Assembly: GCA_038087875.1 (NCBI GenBank)
Contig: CM075989.1
Coordinates: 13,268,001 to 13,332,000 of the forward strand
Length of the DNA: 64,000 nucleotides
Direction: 5' to 3'
From: Malacoraja senta
Lineage: Eukaryota
Shown here: positions 50,778 to 62,980 of the stretch, piece by piece
How positions within the stretch are numbered: the stretch's first letter is position 1
How the letters are laid out: every line of letters begins with the position of its first letter
Position numbers and translations under genes: made by a program
Notes under the pieces: model-generated
Database searches by the model: none
What the model saw: only the letters and a program-made list of their open reading frames with translations
What the model was told of the DNA's origin: nothing

Positions 50778-50831
50778 CACAACACTTTTACAATGCTCAT
50801 CAATCTCATGCAAGGCAAAGAAAAATGGGAG
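50778..50831 (+). CDS. TRPM7: Candidate extra TRPM7 cassette exon (AQHFYNAHQSHARQRKMG)
   Basis: tctttttcag|CA ... GAG|gtaaga; 54 nt, phase 1/1, no stop. Confidence 0.6.
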
Positions 50832-51069
50832 GTAAGATGATATTGATATTTTCAGCTTCTCAAAGCACAGTTTTTAAATGGATTGTCATTTTGTTTTGTA
50901 ACAGAAATTAATAGCATTTAAAGATTTAAAAATTTCAGGGAAAATTAATTATTTTACTTTGTGTAAATATGACTCGTATTTATAATAGTAAACCATCACT
51001 GTTTTTGCAAGAACTGCTATGTTTCATTTTAAAGGTGCTATGTCTCTTTTTCCCTCCTTTGCCTCTTAG

Positions 51070-51120
51070 TGATTGGTTCTCCTTTTAAACCTGCACTGGA
51101 TGTAAATTACTACTATTCTG
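51070..51120 (+). CDS. TRPM7: TRPM7 exon 32 (IGSPFKPALDVNYYYS)
   Basis: cttag|TG ... G|gtcagt; 51 nt. Confidence 0.93.
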
Positions 51121-51212
51121 GTCAGTGTGACTAAACATTAAGCTTCATAGATGTTTACTTTAACTGCTGTTTCCCTTGACTAATGATGAGCTCTGTGTAT
51201 CTTTCTTTACAG

Positions 51213-51278
51213 CTGTTGAGAGGAATAATTTGATGCGACTTTCTCAGACGATTCCATTTACTCCTCTTCCAAACAGGG
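51213..51278 (+). CDS. TRPM7: TRPM7 exon 33, kinase dimerisation segment (VERNNLMRLSQTIPFTPLPNR)
   Basis: tacag|CT ... G|gtgagt; 66 nt. Confidence 0.96.
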
Positions 51279-52049
51279 GTGAGTAGAATTTCTGGCAACT
51301 TGAAATGACACATCTTTTTACCTAAATGTAAAACGCTTGATTGCCCATTCTTGTTGACACGTTCTACTGTTGTCAGGTTTTTGTTTCTTTCATTGAGAAT
51401 GCAAATATAAACTTTTTTTTGCTCTGTCAGCCATTATGATTAGGATAAAGCACATTGTCGCATCTTAAAGTCAATGTTTGTAATTTCCGGCAACTAATTT
51501 CATTTCTATATTCATGCCCAAATGTTTTCAATAATCTGTTCATCTATTGTTATTTTTTGTCGGTTGCCATTTTTGCTTGATTTTCATTTATCTTTTGACT
51601 TGTTTTCAGAAATCATTTGTCACTTAAAGTTATCAGTTTGTTTGCACTAAGGTTACAGACAGTTGACCTTTTTGCACTCAATTATCACAGCTCTTCTTTT
51701 CCCCCTCCTTAATCTATGCAGTCAGTGGGAAAATATCTTCCCTTGTCTGACTAAAACCCTTTGACTTTGGTTTTATTGTTCACATTGGAGCACATAAGAT
51801 CACCAACATACTGCTGCACATAGTAAGTTTTCAATAGCTATTAATTCCTGTAATGTTTGTTTTTGGGTTACGCTGAGAGACTGTATTCTCCTGAAAGACT
51901 CTTCAACTAAACAAAGTGAGATGTGCAGAAAGCTCCTGGTATCCTTAATTCAAATTAAATGTTGCAGTATTTTGTCTACTTTCCCAAGAAAATTAAGATT
52001 AGAAATAAATAGTGGCTTTGCCAGCAACACCAGTACCCCTCATGTTCCT

Positions 52050-52500
52050 TAATGCATGTACACAGCAGGGACTGTAGGAACATTAATATACAGACAGCTT
52101 GGGAGTGCACGTCCAATGGCTCACTGAAAGTAGTGATGACAGCATTTGGCATGCTTGCGTTCATAAGCCGAGCTATTGAGTACAAGAGATGGTAAATGTT
52201 GTTGCTGTACAAAACATTGGGTGGCCCCCATTTAGCGTAATCGCTATATTTCTGGTTAGCACATTGCAGAAAGGCTATGGTAGCAACAAAGCACAGAAAG
52301 GATTCACTTGGATGTGACCTGGAAAGGAGGGCTGTAATTATGCGGAGAGATTGGTTAGGCTAGGTTTATTCTCACTCAAATGTAGGCAGCTTTATAAGGT
52401 TTATAAAATTGTAAGGGGCGTAGATAAGATAAATGGTCAGTCTTTTCCCCAAGGCAGGGTAATCTAGAACTAGAGACACAGGTTTAAGATGAGAGAACTA
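52050..52500 (+). mobile_element. Degenerate CR1 3' fragment
   Basis: Similar to 27300-27780; ends approximate. Confidence 0.75.
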
Positions 52501-53136
52501 AAATATAAAGGAGGTGGGCTGATAGAGGCCACTTTCTGTGCATTACGATTCCCTGATTTGGGGATTAATTGTTTTTTTGAGAAAATGTTACAGTTGGGTT
52601 TACATTTAGTCTTCAATGCAACGCAGGATTATAACGCAGACAAAATGTGTAGCTTTTACTTGGCTTTTGTGCAATAGGTGCACAGTTTAGGGAGCACCTG
52701 ATACTTGAACTCATAACCCAATGTTACAATTTTGCAAATTATTTAGGTTTTGATATATTGAAGGCTTCTGAGTGAGACACTAGATAAGGCCCGACTGCCT
52801 ATTCAGATGCATGGGTGATGTAGGCAGAAAATATGTGTTTCAAAGATTCAAAGTTAATGATGGATTCCAGCATTTTACCAATATTTGGTAGATTACTGAA
52901 CCATGGTTTCTTATTCTCCCCCACTCTCCCTCTCTCTCTCTTCCTTTTTGAATTGCAAAGTAACTTCTGTTTTCAGTTTGCTTGAGGGTTTCCAAAATGT
53001 AAGGATTTTTGAAAGATCACTCCCAATAAATCCACTCTCTCTGCAGCCACTTCTTTAAAGAATTATGATGCAGGCCATCAGGTCCAAGATAATTTTTCAG
53101 CCCTTACTCCTAAGTTGCTTGTTAATTGATCTGGGT

Positions 53137-53720
53137 CATGAGTCATACAGCGTGAAAACAGACCCTCCGGCCCAACTTGTCCATGCTGACCAACATGGCC
53201 CATCTACACTAATCCCACCAGCCTGCATTTGGCCCATATCCTTCTAAACCTATTCTATTCATGTACCTGTCCAAATGTATTTTAAACATTGTGATAGTAC
53301 CTGACTCAACTACCTCTTCTGGTGGCTCCATATACCCACCACCCTTTGTGTAATACGTTGACCCTCGGGTTCCTATTAAATCTTTCCCCTCTCACCTGAA
53401 CATATGCCTTGATTCCGCTACTCTGAATAAAAGATTCCATGCATTTACCCCATCTAATCCATGACTGACTGGGAGTTGCGGCTCGCTGCCGTTGCTCAGC
53501 ATCACGAGAGAGTATCGTACTGCATATCGCTAGCCCGGGAAAAGATCACAATTCGAAGTACCGTTTCCACTGAATGTGTATCACCTTTGCACCATCGTAA
53601 AGTCGAAATATTGTAAGTCGAAGCATCGTAAGTTGAGGAGCATCTGTACTCCAAATGTGGCCTCACCAATGTCTTGTACAACAGTAACATAACCTTCCAA
53701 CTTCAAAATTCAATATTCTG
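53137..53720 (-). mobile_element. CR1 3' fragment, interrupted by a Tigger piece
   Basis: Minus LLLYKTLVRPHLEY; CR1 tail near 53137. Confidence 0.85.
53465..53646. mobile_element. Tigger/pogo terminal fragment (Tigger5/MER47-like)
   Basis: Ends catcgtaagttgaggagcatctg|TA; body resembles the recalled MER47 3' end. Confidence 0.8.
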
Positions 53721-53729
53721 ATGAAGACA

Positions 53730-54485
53730 GAATGTTGTAGACAGAGGGATTCAGGAGTACAGGTGCACAGTTTCCTGAAAGAGACATCACTAGATAGGCT
53801 GGTAAAGAAGGCTTTTGGTATATTTGCCTTTATCAGTCAGGGTATTGAGTATTGTACATTCTGTTACAGTTGTACAAGACGTTGGTGAGGCTGCATTTGA
53901 AGTTTTGCGTTCAGTTTTGGTCACCCTGCTCTAGGAAGGATATCATTAACCTGTTCAGTGCCACCCCCAAGTATACTCTGGTCAGAGTATACTAGTGAAA
54001 AAAATCTTAGCAATGAACAGGTTAAGCTGGAAAGAATACAGAGAAGATTTGCGAGTGTCGCCAGGACTTGAGGGTTGGAGCTATAGTGAGAGGTTGTGCA
54101 GGCTAGTTCTTTATTCCTTAGAGTGGCGAAGGCTTAAAGGTGCTCTCATAGAGGCAATATAAATTTACGAAGCAATTGATGGGGTAACTACACAGATTAT
54201 ATTTCCCAGTGTAGGGGAATCAAGAACCAAAGTAGGTTTAAAATGGGAGGGGAGAGATTTAATAAGAACTAGATGGGCAATCTTTTCACTCAGAGTGATT
54301 GGTATATGGAACGAACTGCCAGAGCAGTTAGTTGAGGTAGGTACTAAAACAACATTTAAAAGACACTTGGATAAAATAGGAACGGTTTAGAGGGATATGG
54401 GCCAAATGCAGACAAGCTTGTGATTGGGAATCTTGGTCAGCATTTACTAGTTGAGTCGAAGAGCCTGTTTTCCTGCTATATGATT
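53730..54485 (+). mobile_element. CR1 3' fragment
   Basis: ttgtacaagacgttggtgagg...ttcactcagagtg...gagcctgttttcctgctata tail. Confidence 0.88.
53950..54021. mobile_element. 72-bp piggyBac-like MITE
   Basis: TTAA duplication on both sides; TIR cctgttcagtgc / gcaatgaacagg; removing it restores the CR1 sequence atcattaagctggaaaga. Confidence 0.8.
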
Positions 54486-54949
54486 GGGTCTAAAAAAAAC
54501 AACGTGCTGGAGGAACTCAGCGGAGGTCAGGCAACATATGTGGAGGGAATGGACAGATGAAATTTTACACCAGGACCCTTCTTCATACGCTGTTTTTCTT
54601 TGCAGTGAAGACTTGGTTTAGACTGCCATCTACTGGATGTTAATTGTATGTAATATTGTGTTATACTTTGGGTCTACTTCGGAGGCTTAAATTTATTCCA
54701 TGGTTGATTCAGTCTGATCCGTCTGTGATGCCTCTAAAACATTTTCTGGCTTAATACCATTTCCCAGTCCTAGATCTACAGCATTATGTGCCTTGTACTT
54801 TTTTTAAAGTGAGGATTTTCGCTGCCTCTGTTCTTTTAAGGTAGAATGCCAAACTGCTGCCAACCCTTCAATGTAATTAATTGTCTGAATGGGTCAGAGT
54901 GGGTAGTATTGACTTCTTTCCTCCATCTTGAGCAGTGTTGTCTTAATGC

Positions 54950-55285
54950 TGCTTACTGGCCTGAGATGAGATGGATGGTGACATTTATGAGGGACACAAA
55001 TAAAATATGTAGCCAGTCTTTTCCCCAAGGCAAGGGAGTTTAGGACCATACAGCACAAGTTTAAGGCGAGAAGGGAGCTCTGAGGGGCAGGCTTTTCAAG
55101 CAGAGGGTGGTTATTATCAGGAATGAGCTCTCAGAGGAGGTGCTGGATGTGGGTACAACTACAAGACTTAAAAGGCGTTTGGACAGGAAATACAAGCATG
55201 ATGTATGGAATTAGTGTAGATAGGTAACACTATCAGCATGGACGAGGTGGCTAAATGGACCTGTTTCTATGTTGTACGATTCTAT
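54950..55285 (+). mobile_element. Degenerate CR1 3' end
   Basis: cagagggtggtt...ggacctgtttctatgttgta tail. Confidence 0.7.
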
Positions 55286-55503
55286 TACCAGTTGTTGGAA
55301 ATCTGAAACCAATGTAATCACTGGAAATAGCCAGTGGATCAGACAGCATCTGTGGAGTTAGGCCAAACAACGTTGGTGTGAAGTTTGCTGTATTTACAAT
55401 TTAGACAGAAGAATTTATTAAAGTGAGACAATACTGAAATGCTTGAAACTATTATTATAATAGTGGACTGTTTTGAAATGTTTGCTTCACATTTGTGTTA
55501 AAG

Positions 55504-55787
55504 GTGAACCTGTGACAATATATCGACTTGAGGAGAGCTCACCAGTCAGTCTGAACAACAGCATGTCTTCCTGGTCGCAACAGGGCCGATGTGCCAAGAT
55601 TGAGTTCTTAAGTAAAGAAGAAATGGGAGGAGGATTGAGGCGAGCTTTAAAAGTAGAGTGCACATGGTCTGAGTTCGATATATTAAAACCAGGGCAGCTG
55701 TATATTGTGAAATCTTTTCTTCCTGAAGTAGTGAACACGTGGAAGAGAATCTACAAGGAAGATACTGTATTACATCTGTGTTTGAAG
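55504..55787 (+). CDS. TRPM7: TRPM7 exon 34, alpha-kinase N-lobe ([10 protein letters not shown]...GGGLRRA...YIVKSF...HLCLK)
   Basis: taaag|GT ... AAG|gtacgt; 284 nt; ATP-binding Lys present. Confidence 0.96.
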
Positions 55788-56657
55788 GTACGTGCTCATC
55801 GTATACATATTTGGCTCAGTGGGCAAGAGAAGGTTACAGGATTTTTTTATTACTAGTGAGCTGTTAACTGTAGCATCCCATAGACTCTGGAGTTGCATTT
55901 TCCTCTGTGACTGCGTAGTTGTTGGGGTAATTATCCACTGTAAATGGCCTCTGTGAGGCTTTGAATTGATGGGAGTGTGGAGAAAATCAAATTGGATTTG
56001 AGTAGGTTTAGAATAGGTGGTCAGTGGGAACTATGGGCCAAATGATCTATTTTCTTACTGTTTGACTGCTTCAACGTTTTTTTATATTCAGAAGGGGTCC
56101 TTGAATAAGTCAGGATTTAAGACTATTTCCCTCAATTGGCAATTGTCAGATATGATTCCTAATGCTTTTATTTAAGAGGTAAAGTTAACACAGTACTGCT
56201 GAAAGATAAACTTTATTTTTGTATGTTTGATTGTTCAGGTAGCAGTCTTCTACTTGTGTTTTTTTTAAAATCTAAACTATATTTTCAAAGTTAATGGAAG
56301 CATTATACTTTTTCAGCTTTTTACTAGAAACTGCACTACATAATTACTACTCTGTCCTAAAATCAAATTTTTCTTTCTAAACCGGTAGTTGGGATTATGC
56401 TGGCCAGTGATATCAGATGTGCTGCAATTGGCAGAACATGATCCATTCAGTTTGGTATTAAATGAAACTGGATGGTTTTGTGCTTTAAAGGGATATTGTG
56501 TTTCCTATGGGATTTTCTACGTAATAGTTGTAAAATCATACGTTATGCTGTCTGACTGGCTACTGTCGCTGGTTTGGTGGAATGCCAAATCAGTATATGT
56601 CAGATGCTATCTTGTAGATTTGTCAGAACATGTTACCAGACAATCTCTTGTTTCTAG

Positions 56658-56740
56658 GAGATTCAGCAGCAGAGGGCTGCACAGAAGCTCGCCTTTGCCT
56701 TCAACCATATGAAACCAAAGACCATTCCATACTCTCCAAG
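56658..56740 (+). CDS. TRPM7: TRPM7 exon 35 (EIQQQRAAQKLAFAFNHMKPKTIPYSP)
   Basis: tctag|GAG ... AG|gtgagg; 83 nt. Confidence 0.96.
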
Positions 56741-57469
56741 GTGAGGAGAAATAATTGAATCGGCATCTACAATCTCTACTTTAAAAAAAAACTATTATTA
56801 TAAATTCTTTCCTCCAATTTTCTAATCACTAAAGAACGTTAAAGTTTAAATTGTAATTCAGATAGCTCAGTTTTGTTGGAAGAGCAGCATTTCAGTGTGA
56901 AGATGGAACACCAACAGAAGTATAGTGTAGATAGAATTATAGAATGGAATAATTCACCAAATTTCTCCTAATTACCAAACCGCCAATACTTGTGGAGGCT
57001 GAATGTGACATTGATTTGCTTGAGTTATATAACAGACCGTTATTTGATGTTGTAGAAGACCTTCAAACATTGTTATGTTGAAAAAAGCACAGTATTATGC
57101 ACAATTGTCATGAATGCTGAATCATCATCTGATCAGTAATGAGGAACAGAGCCTTCAGGTCCAAATGGATGGTTTCTGAGCTTGTTTGCCATGCTTCCCT
57201 AGCAGAAGAAGTAATGCCTTTGAAAACAATTGCCAGTTATTCTCATCCCAGTATTATTTTCGGATAAGATTGGTATAACTTTACTGTTTCATCGATTGCT
57301 ACAGGATGGAAAGATATGTGGAATATTGTACACATAAGGAACAGAAGCAGTGGTAAACCATTCAGTCCCATTGTGCCTGCTCTGCCAGTCATTGATTTTA
57401 TAGCTGATCTTTTACCTCGGTATACTATTCCCTGATTCTTTGTATCTAAAAGAAAATCTATCAATGTGA

Positions 57470-57795
57470 ATCTATAGGGTGAATGCATAGTCTTTTTCCC
57501 TGGGGAGGAGAATCAAGAACTAGAGGGCACAGATTTAAGGTGAGCGGGCAAAAACTTAATAGGAATCCGAGGGGCAACTTTTTCACACAGTGGGTGGTTG
57601 GTATATGGAACAAGTTGCCAGATGATGAAGTTGTACTATAACAAAGTTTAAAAAACATTTGGACAGGTACATGGATCGGAAAGGTTTAGAGGAATATGGG
57701 CCAGGTGTGGCAAATGGCACTAGCTTGGATGATGTAACTTGGTTAACATGGATAAGTTAGGCTGAAAGGCCTGTTTCCATGTTGGTTGGCTCTAT
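57470..57795 (+). mobile_element. CR1 3' end
   Basis: gaactagagggcacagatttaaggtgag...ggcctgtttccatg. Confidence 0.82.
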
Positions 57796-58035
57796 TATTA
57801 TAATGTGTATTTGTGCAGCACCTTTAATGTGACAAAGTCCCTTAAGACACTTAAGAAGAGAAAGAATTCATGTTTTTCCTTAACAGTACAAGCATAAGTT
57901 TTTAATTATAATATCTGTCAGGAAGAGTAAGTTAGTTTGCTACCACTATAATTATTCATTATATTGTTTGTGTCTATATAGTTACATAGTATAGTTGTCT
58001 CCTATGTTATATTGAATAAATGTCTGATTAACCAG

Positions 58036-58241
58036 GTTCCTGGAAGTGTTCCTTCTGTATTGTCATTCAGCAAGCCAATGGTTTGCAATTGAAGAATGTA
58101 TGACTGGGGAGTTCCGGAAATTTAATCATAACAGTGGTGATGAGATCCGTCCAAACAACATGCTGGAGGAGACCATGCTTGCCTTTAGTCACTGGACCTA
58201 TGAGTATACGAGAGGTGAACTATTGGTTCTGGACTTGCAGG
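58036..58241 (+). CDS. TRPM7: TRPM7 exon 36 ([12 protein letters not shown]...[20 protein letters not shown])
   Basis: accag|G ... CAGG|gtgagt; 206 nt; catalytic Asp present. Confidence 0.96.
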
Positions 58242-58565
58242 GTGAGTACGATAAGCTTTTGTTAAAATGAAGTAGCTTTACATTAGTTGTGAACACTGAT
58301 TTTTTTTAAATTATTCTTAAATAGTTAATAATTGATGATTCTAAACTTCCAAATGTCATTTTTAAAAGGCTTCGATATATGATCATGTCAGAACACTGAA
58401 CTGTTAAAATTAAGCAGTTTCAAACAGATTATAAATTGTAAAAACTTGAAACTTTTCTTTTGGTAGCAATAGGTTTAGGTTTATTATGGTCATTTTACCG
58501 AAGTACAATGAAAAGCTTGGTTTTGCATGCTGTTCAATCAAATCAGGTAATACTATACATAAATA

Positions 58566-59548
58566 GAGTAAACCCGCGTTATAACGGGCCATGGAGGGAT
58601 GAGGGTATGGTGTCCTTTATTGCCAATTGTCCTCTAAAACTGAGTATGGTATTATCATTGTATGTAGTTGAAACAAAGAACTGCAAATGAAGGTTAATAT
58701 ACAAAGGGACACAAGGTGCTGGAGTAACTCAGCAGTCATGCAGCATCTCTGGAGAACATGGATAGGTTACATTGGGACACTTCTTAAGACCGATTCAGCC
58801 TACTCCAGCACTTTGTGTTGTTTCACTTTAAAACTAGGTGATAATGCCGCTGGTCTGCATCAGCGATTCCTTCTTCACCACGACCGCACGGTCTGAATAA
58901 CACTGCTGTTGCTGCTGCTCAAGTTGTAGCCCTGGTCGTCAGCTCTTTCTTCATGCCGCTGCCAACAACAAGACACACTCGGTCACTATGGGGCTCTCTC
59001 GCCTCACCAGCTGCTGCTTCCCATTGGCCGTCGTTTTGTCCGCTCCACCGCCGCCTCCTCCCCCACAGTGGCCGACATCTTCCAAGGTGGAGTATGTCAG
59101 TGATTCCGGGAGAGGAGGTGGCCGAGGAAGGGAGGATGTGGGGAGGGGAGGCCGAGTGCACAGAGTGGTGGGAAAAGAGGGAGGGGAGAGGCTGAGTGCA
59201 CAGAGCAAGGAGGAGATGGTGGTGGAGGAGAAGTGGACCAAGCAACAGCCGACAGGATGAATCGGCAGCTGGTGAGAAGGGAGGGAGCGCCAGAATGATT
59301 GGGCGCTCCTTGTTGATGGTGGCGGCCTGAAGAAAGGGCTGTCCCCAGAAGCTACAACAACACCCACGTCAACTGGACTGTACAGTGGTTGAAGAAGGGC
59401 TTACTGGTGCACTTTCCGAGCCCGGGTGGTGTTGGAAGCCGGTTGTAAGCGTCCAGGAAGGTGGTACGAGCAAGGGGCAGTGTGGGCAGGTCCGTCCGCA
59501 ATAGCCAAAATCCACTATAAAGGGGTCTGTTAAAACAATAGTTTACTG
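58566..59548. mobile_element. Non-autonomous Tigger/pogo-like element with GC-rich interior and nested Penelope-derived piece (~58672-58820)
   Basis: Ends ta|gagtaaacccgcgttataacgg and ctgttaaaacaatagtttactg; splits a Rex-like tail that resumes at ~59551. Confidence 0.65.
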
Positions 59549-59684
59549 CACAATCAAGTCAAACTCAAGAAAGAATAAAGTGCAAGATACACGATGCAGA
59601 ATATAGTTCCCAGCATCAGTTCCAAGACAAAGTCCAATGTCTGCATTGGGGTAGAGGTGAATCAGATGGTAGCCCAACTAAGCA

Positions 59685-59890
59685 ACTTAGAAAATAGGTG
59701 CAGGAGTTGGCCATTTGGCCCTTCGAGCCAGCACTGCCATTCAATATGATCATGGCTGATCATCCAAAATCAGTACTCCGTTCCTGCTTTCTCCCCATAT
59801 CCCTTGATTCCGTTAATGCCAAGAGCTATATCTAACTATCTCTTGAAAACATCCAGTGAATTGGCCTCCACTGCCTTCTGTGGCAGAGAA
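59685..59890 (-). mobile_element. CR1 3' tail
   Basis: tagaaaataggtgcaggagttggccatttggcccttcgagcc...catggctgatc. Confidence 0.75.
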
Positions 59891-62048
59891 TTATGGAAGG
59901 ATTGTTCAGATGCCTGATAACAGAGGGAAAGAAGCTATTCCTAAGTCTGATCGCCCATGCTTTCATGCGCCTTCTGCCGGATGAGATCAGGGAAAAGAAG
60001 GAATGACCACGGTGGGACGTCATTGATTATGTTGGCTGCTTTTCCTAGGCATCATGAAGTAGAGATGGAGTCCATGGTGGGAATCTTGGTCTATGTAATA
60101 GTCTGGCTACATCTATAACTCTTTGCAATTTATTGTGGTCTTGGGCAGAGCTGTTCCCAAAGCTACCTGTGATTCAACTAAAAAAATATGCTTTATGTTG
60201 AATAAATTCTAAATAACACGGAGATTAATACAGCTTTCATCGTTCTTCTGAGTAGAGTTTGTGATAAAATAATCTGCTCCTGGTTAAGTAAGTAAGTAAG
60301 TTTATTGGCCAAGTATTCACATACAAGGAATTTGCCTTGGTGCCCCGCCCACAAGTAACAACATGACATACAGTGACAGTTACGAATGACTTACGAGTTA
60401 CGAATGACTTATGAGTTCGAATAGTTATAAAGTAATTTGCTTTGACCGTTAAATCTGAAGCAAGCTGTGCTTGGATTAAATAACTTCTTTAGTTCGTCAG
60501 TGCTTCCCGTGTCTGTCGATACCACCCATTCTCTCTGCGAGTTTCTGTCCAATTGCTGCTCTGGTTTCCTCCGCTGTTGATAGGTGAACTGGCTACTGCA
60601 AATTGCCCCTTGATGTAGGAAATGGCAACAAATGTTAAAACGGGGAGATTGGGCATGTGAGAGAACAATTAAGTCTATTGATGACGTAGGTGTGGGTTAC
60701 ATTGATGGGCCTTTGATGAGATACCCACAATGGAGACTGGTCCAAAAGGTATCCAGGCAAAGTGGATCCAAACTGCTGGTATTACGAGGGTGATGGTAGA
60801 AGGTTTTCGTGATTGGATGCCTGTGATTAGTGGTGGTCCACAAAGATTGGGGCTGGAACCATTGTTTTTAGCAATGTACATGAATGATTTGGACATGCAT
60901 GTAGGAGGCATGATCCATAAGTTTCCATGCTGTGTGATTGTGACACTCTATGGCTAAAGGGAAGACTGGGACTAATGAAATTTCTGTGCCGGGAGTTCAC
61001 ATGAACTCAATGGAATGGATGTTTTTATAATGTATATAAAACACAGGAAAAATATAATGTTTGAAAAACTCTGCTCACGACAGAATCTGATGGAATGTCA
61101 TTAGCATGATTCTGTTTCTCTCTACATAACAGGATAATGCCATTTGACCACTTGCTCCTACATTGCTGTTATTGCGGAATATAATGGCTGACCTAGCCCT
61201 GTCATTTTTCGACACTACCCCTTATCCTTTGGTTCTCTTAATATCTAACAAAACTCCCTTGGATGCAGGTTGGCATGAGTATTTCAGATTTCTGTCCCCA
61301 AAAGTAAACTCTATGATAGGGCCTGGTAAATAATTAATACGCAGAGACATTTGACAGGTGTTGATAATGACGTCTACTTTATGCATAAGACCAATTATTG
61401 TCAAAGCTACTAATCACTCTAGAAAGTGGAACTTAAATTGTTAAAGTGTACGATAAAGGAAACTACCATTATTTAGACAAGTTATGAAAGCATTTGCTGA
61501 CACAAGGGAGAAAGAGAAGCCGTTGAATGAGTGCCATGAACAGGTCTAGACACAAAACTTAAAACAAACACCAGGCAAAATGAAGAGTGTAGCAGCATCC
61601 AAAATGTCCTTACATTTACCATGGTGATAGGACGTGCAATCAGAAAAATGTCATAGCCTGAAACTGAAGCTGACCGAATGTGAAGACCGTAGCATTTAAA
61701 TGGGGTCGAGCTTCTTTGTCATGGCATTGCTATTGAAGCTTTAAGCCCGAAGGACATAAATCCATATTGATATAAAAACAGAAAACGCTGGAAACATTGA
61801 GCAGATGAATAGCATTTGTGGAAAGATAAATAGAAATAATGTTTTGTGTCTCAGACTTTTCATTAGATGAAGGGTCTTGGACCTGAACCATTAAGTCTTT
61901 CCCTTCCACTGATATTGCCTGACCCTCAAACTGCTTTCAGCATTTTTGCATCTATTTCCAGTAGGTGCATTTATTTCATGTTCTACATTGATATATTTGT
62001 AAGAGGGGTAGGGTAGTTTAATCTAGTTCTGTATATTTACTTTTATAG

Positions 62049-62100
62049 GTGTTGGGGAGAACTTAACTGATCCTTCGGTAATAAAGTCTGAGGAGAAACA
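62049..62100 (+). CDS. TRPM7: TRPM7 exon 37 (VGENLTDPSVIKSEEK)
   Basis: tatag|GT ... CA|gtgagt; 52 nt. Confidence 0.96.
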
Positions 62101-62873
62101 GTGAGTATTAATTTAAATATCAATTTTCCTCCTTCCATGACACATAATTTTATGGTAGTGCAATGATCTGTACCTAATGTCTTTGGCAATGCAGTAACTT
62201 CAATTTCTTGGCAGGAAAATTTGTAGAATCATATTTCTTTCTGGGAATTACGCAAGGAAAATGTCAGTCTTTAGAGGTTGCAAAAATTATTTACTACAAT
62301 TGTAGAGATGCTGGAAAATAGGAACAGGAGTAGGTCATTTCCTCCTGATGCTGTTTCGCCATTCACTGTGTTATTGCGGATTTGTGATCCAGCGCAATAA
62401 ATCAATCTTTTTTTACATTTTCCGTCAAAAATTATGTTACTTTATTTGTTTTTGTTGGAAGTTTTACTAAATAAAGCATAAGGAACAGTACATTCAACAC
62501 GCACCTGCTTCACCGCCCAGTTGTACTGTGGTGTTTATTCAGTGCTACTTTCCCTCAGTGCTAACACTAACATGTTATCCCTGGATTCCTTAAATCTGAA
62601 AATGTTATCATATGGAAGAGCAGTAGAAAACACCATCCACATTCATGAAGGTCACGAGTCACCTGCCTCAATGTCACTTTCCAGCACTTTCCTCCTAACC
62701 CTTGGTTTTCCTTAATGTCCATGTATCTATTGATCTGAGCAGTGAATCCTATCTTATGGTGCATACCAAGCACTCTTGCTGGATGTGAACCTGCAGACAC
62801 ACTTTAAGCTAACGCATTGTTACCTGCATTCTGTAGGTGACTGCAATATCCAAGTTTATGCTGTTTCTTTCAG

Positions 62874-62980
62874 GTCACATGACATGGTATTTGGACCTGC
62901 CAATTTGGGAGAAGATGCAGTTAAAAACTTTCGATCAAAACACCATTGTAATTCTTGCTGCGGGAGACTTAAACTTCCTG
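62874..62980 (+). CDS. TRPM7: TRPM7 exon 38 ([35 protein letters not shown])
   Basis: ttcag|G ... CCTG|gtaaga; 107 nt; Gly-rich motif and Zn ligands intact. Confidence 0.96.

Larger units (their letters stand above)
2015..62980 (+). other. TRPM7: TRPM7 gene body (exons 2-38; exon 1, exon 22 and the last exon not visible)
   Basis: Spliced exons give SQKSWIE...MHR domains...S1-S4...S6...TRP box VWKYQR...coiled coil...alpha-kinase (GGGLRR, YIVKSF, VLDLQG, TDP, GPANLG, HHCNSCC). Order, lengths and phases match mammalian TRPM7 as recalled. Confidence 0.97.

Noticed and set aside
60378-60415. Tandem agttacgaatgactta duplication (also acattggttcatcaa at ~29119-29154)
   Set aside because: Simple local duplications with no further structure
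2015-62980. Calling the gene TRPM6
   Set aside because: TRPM7-type segments ([66 protein letters not shown]) outweigh the single TRPM6-like SQTIPF
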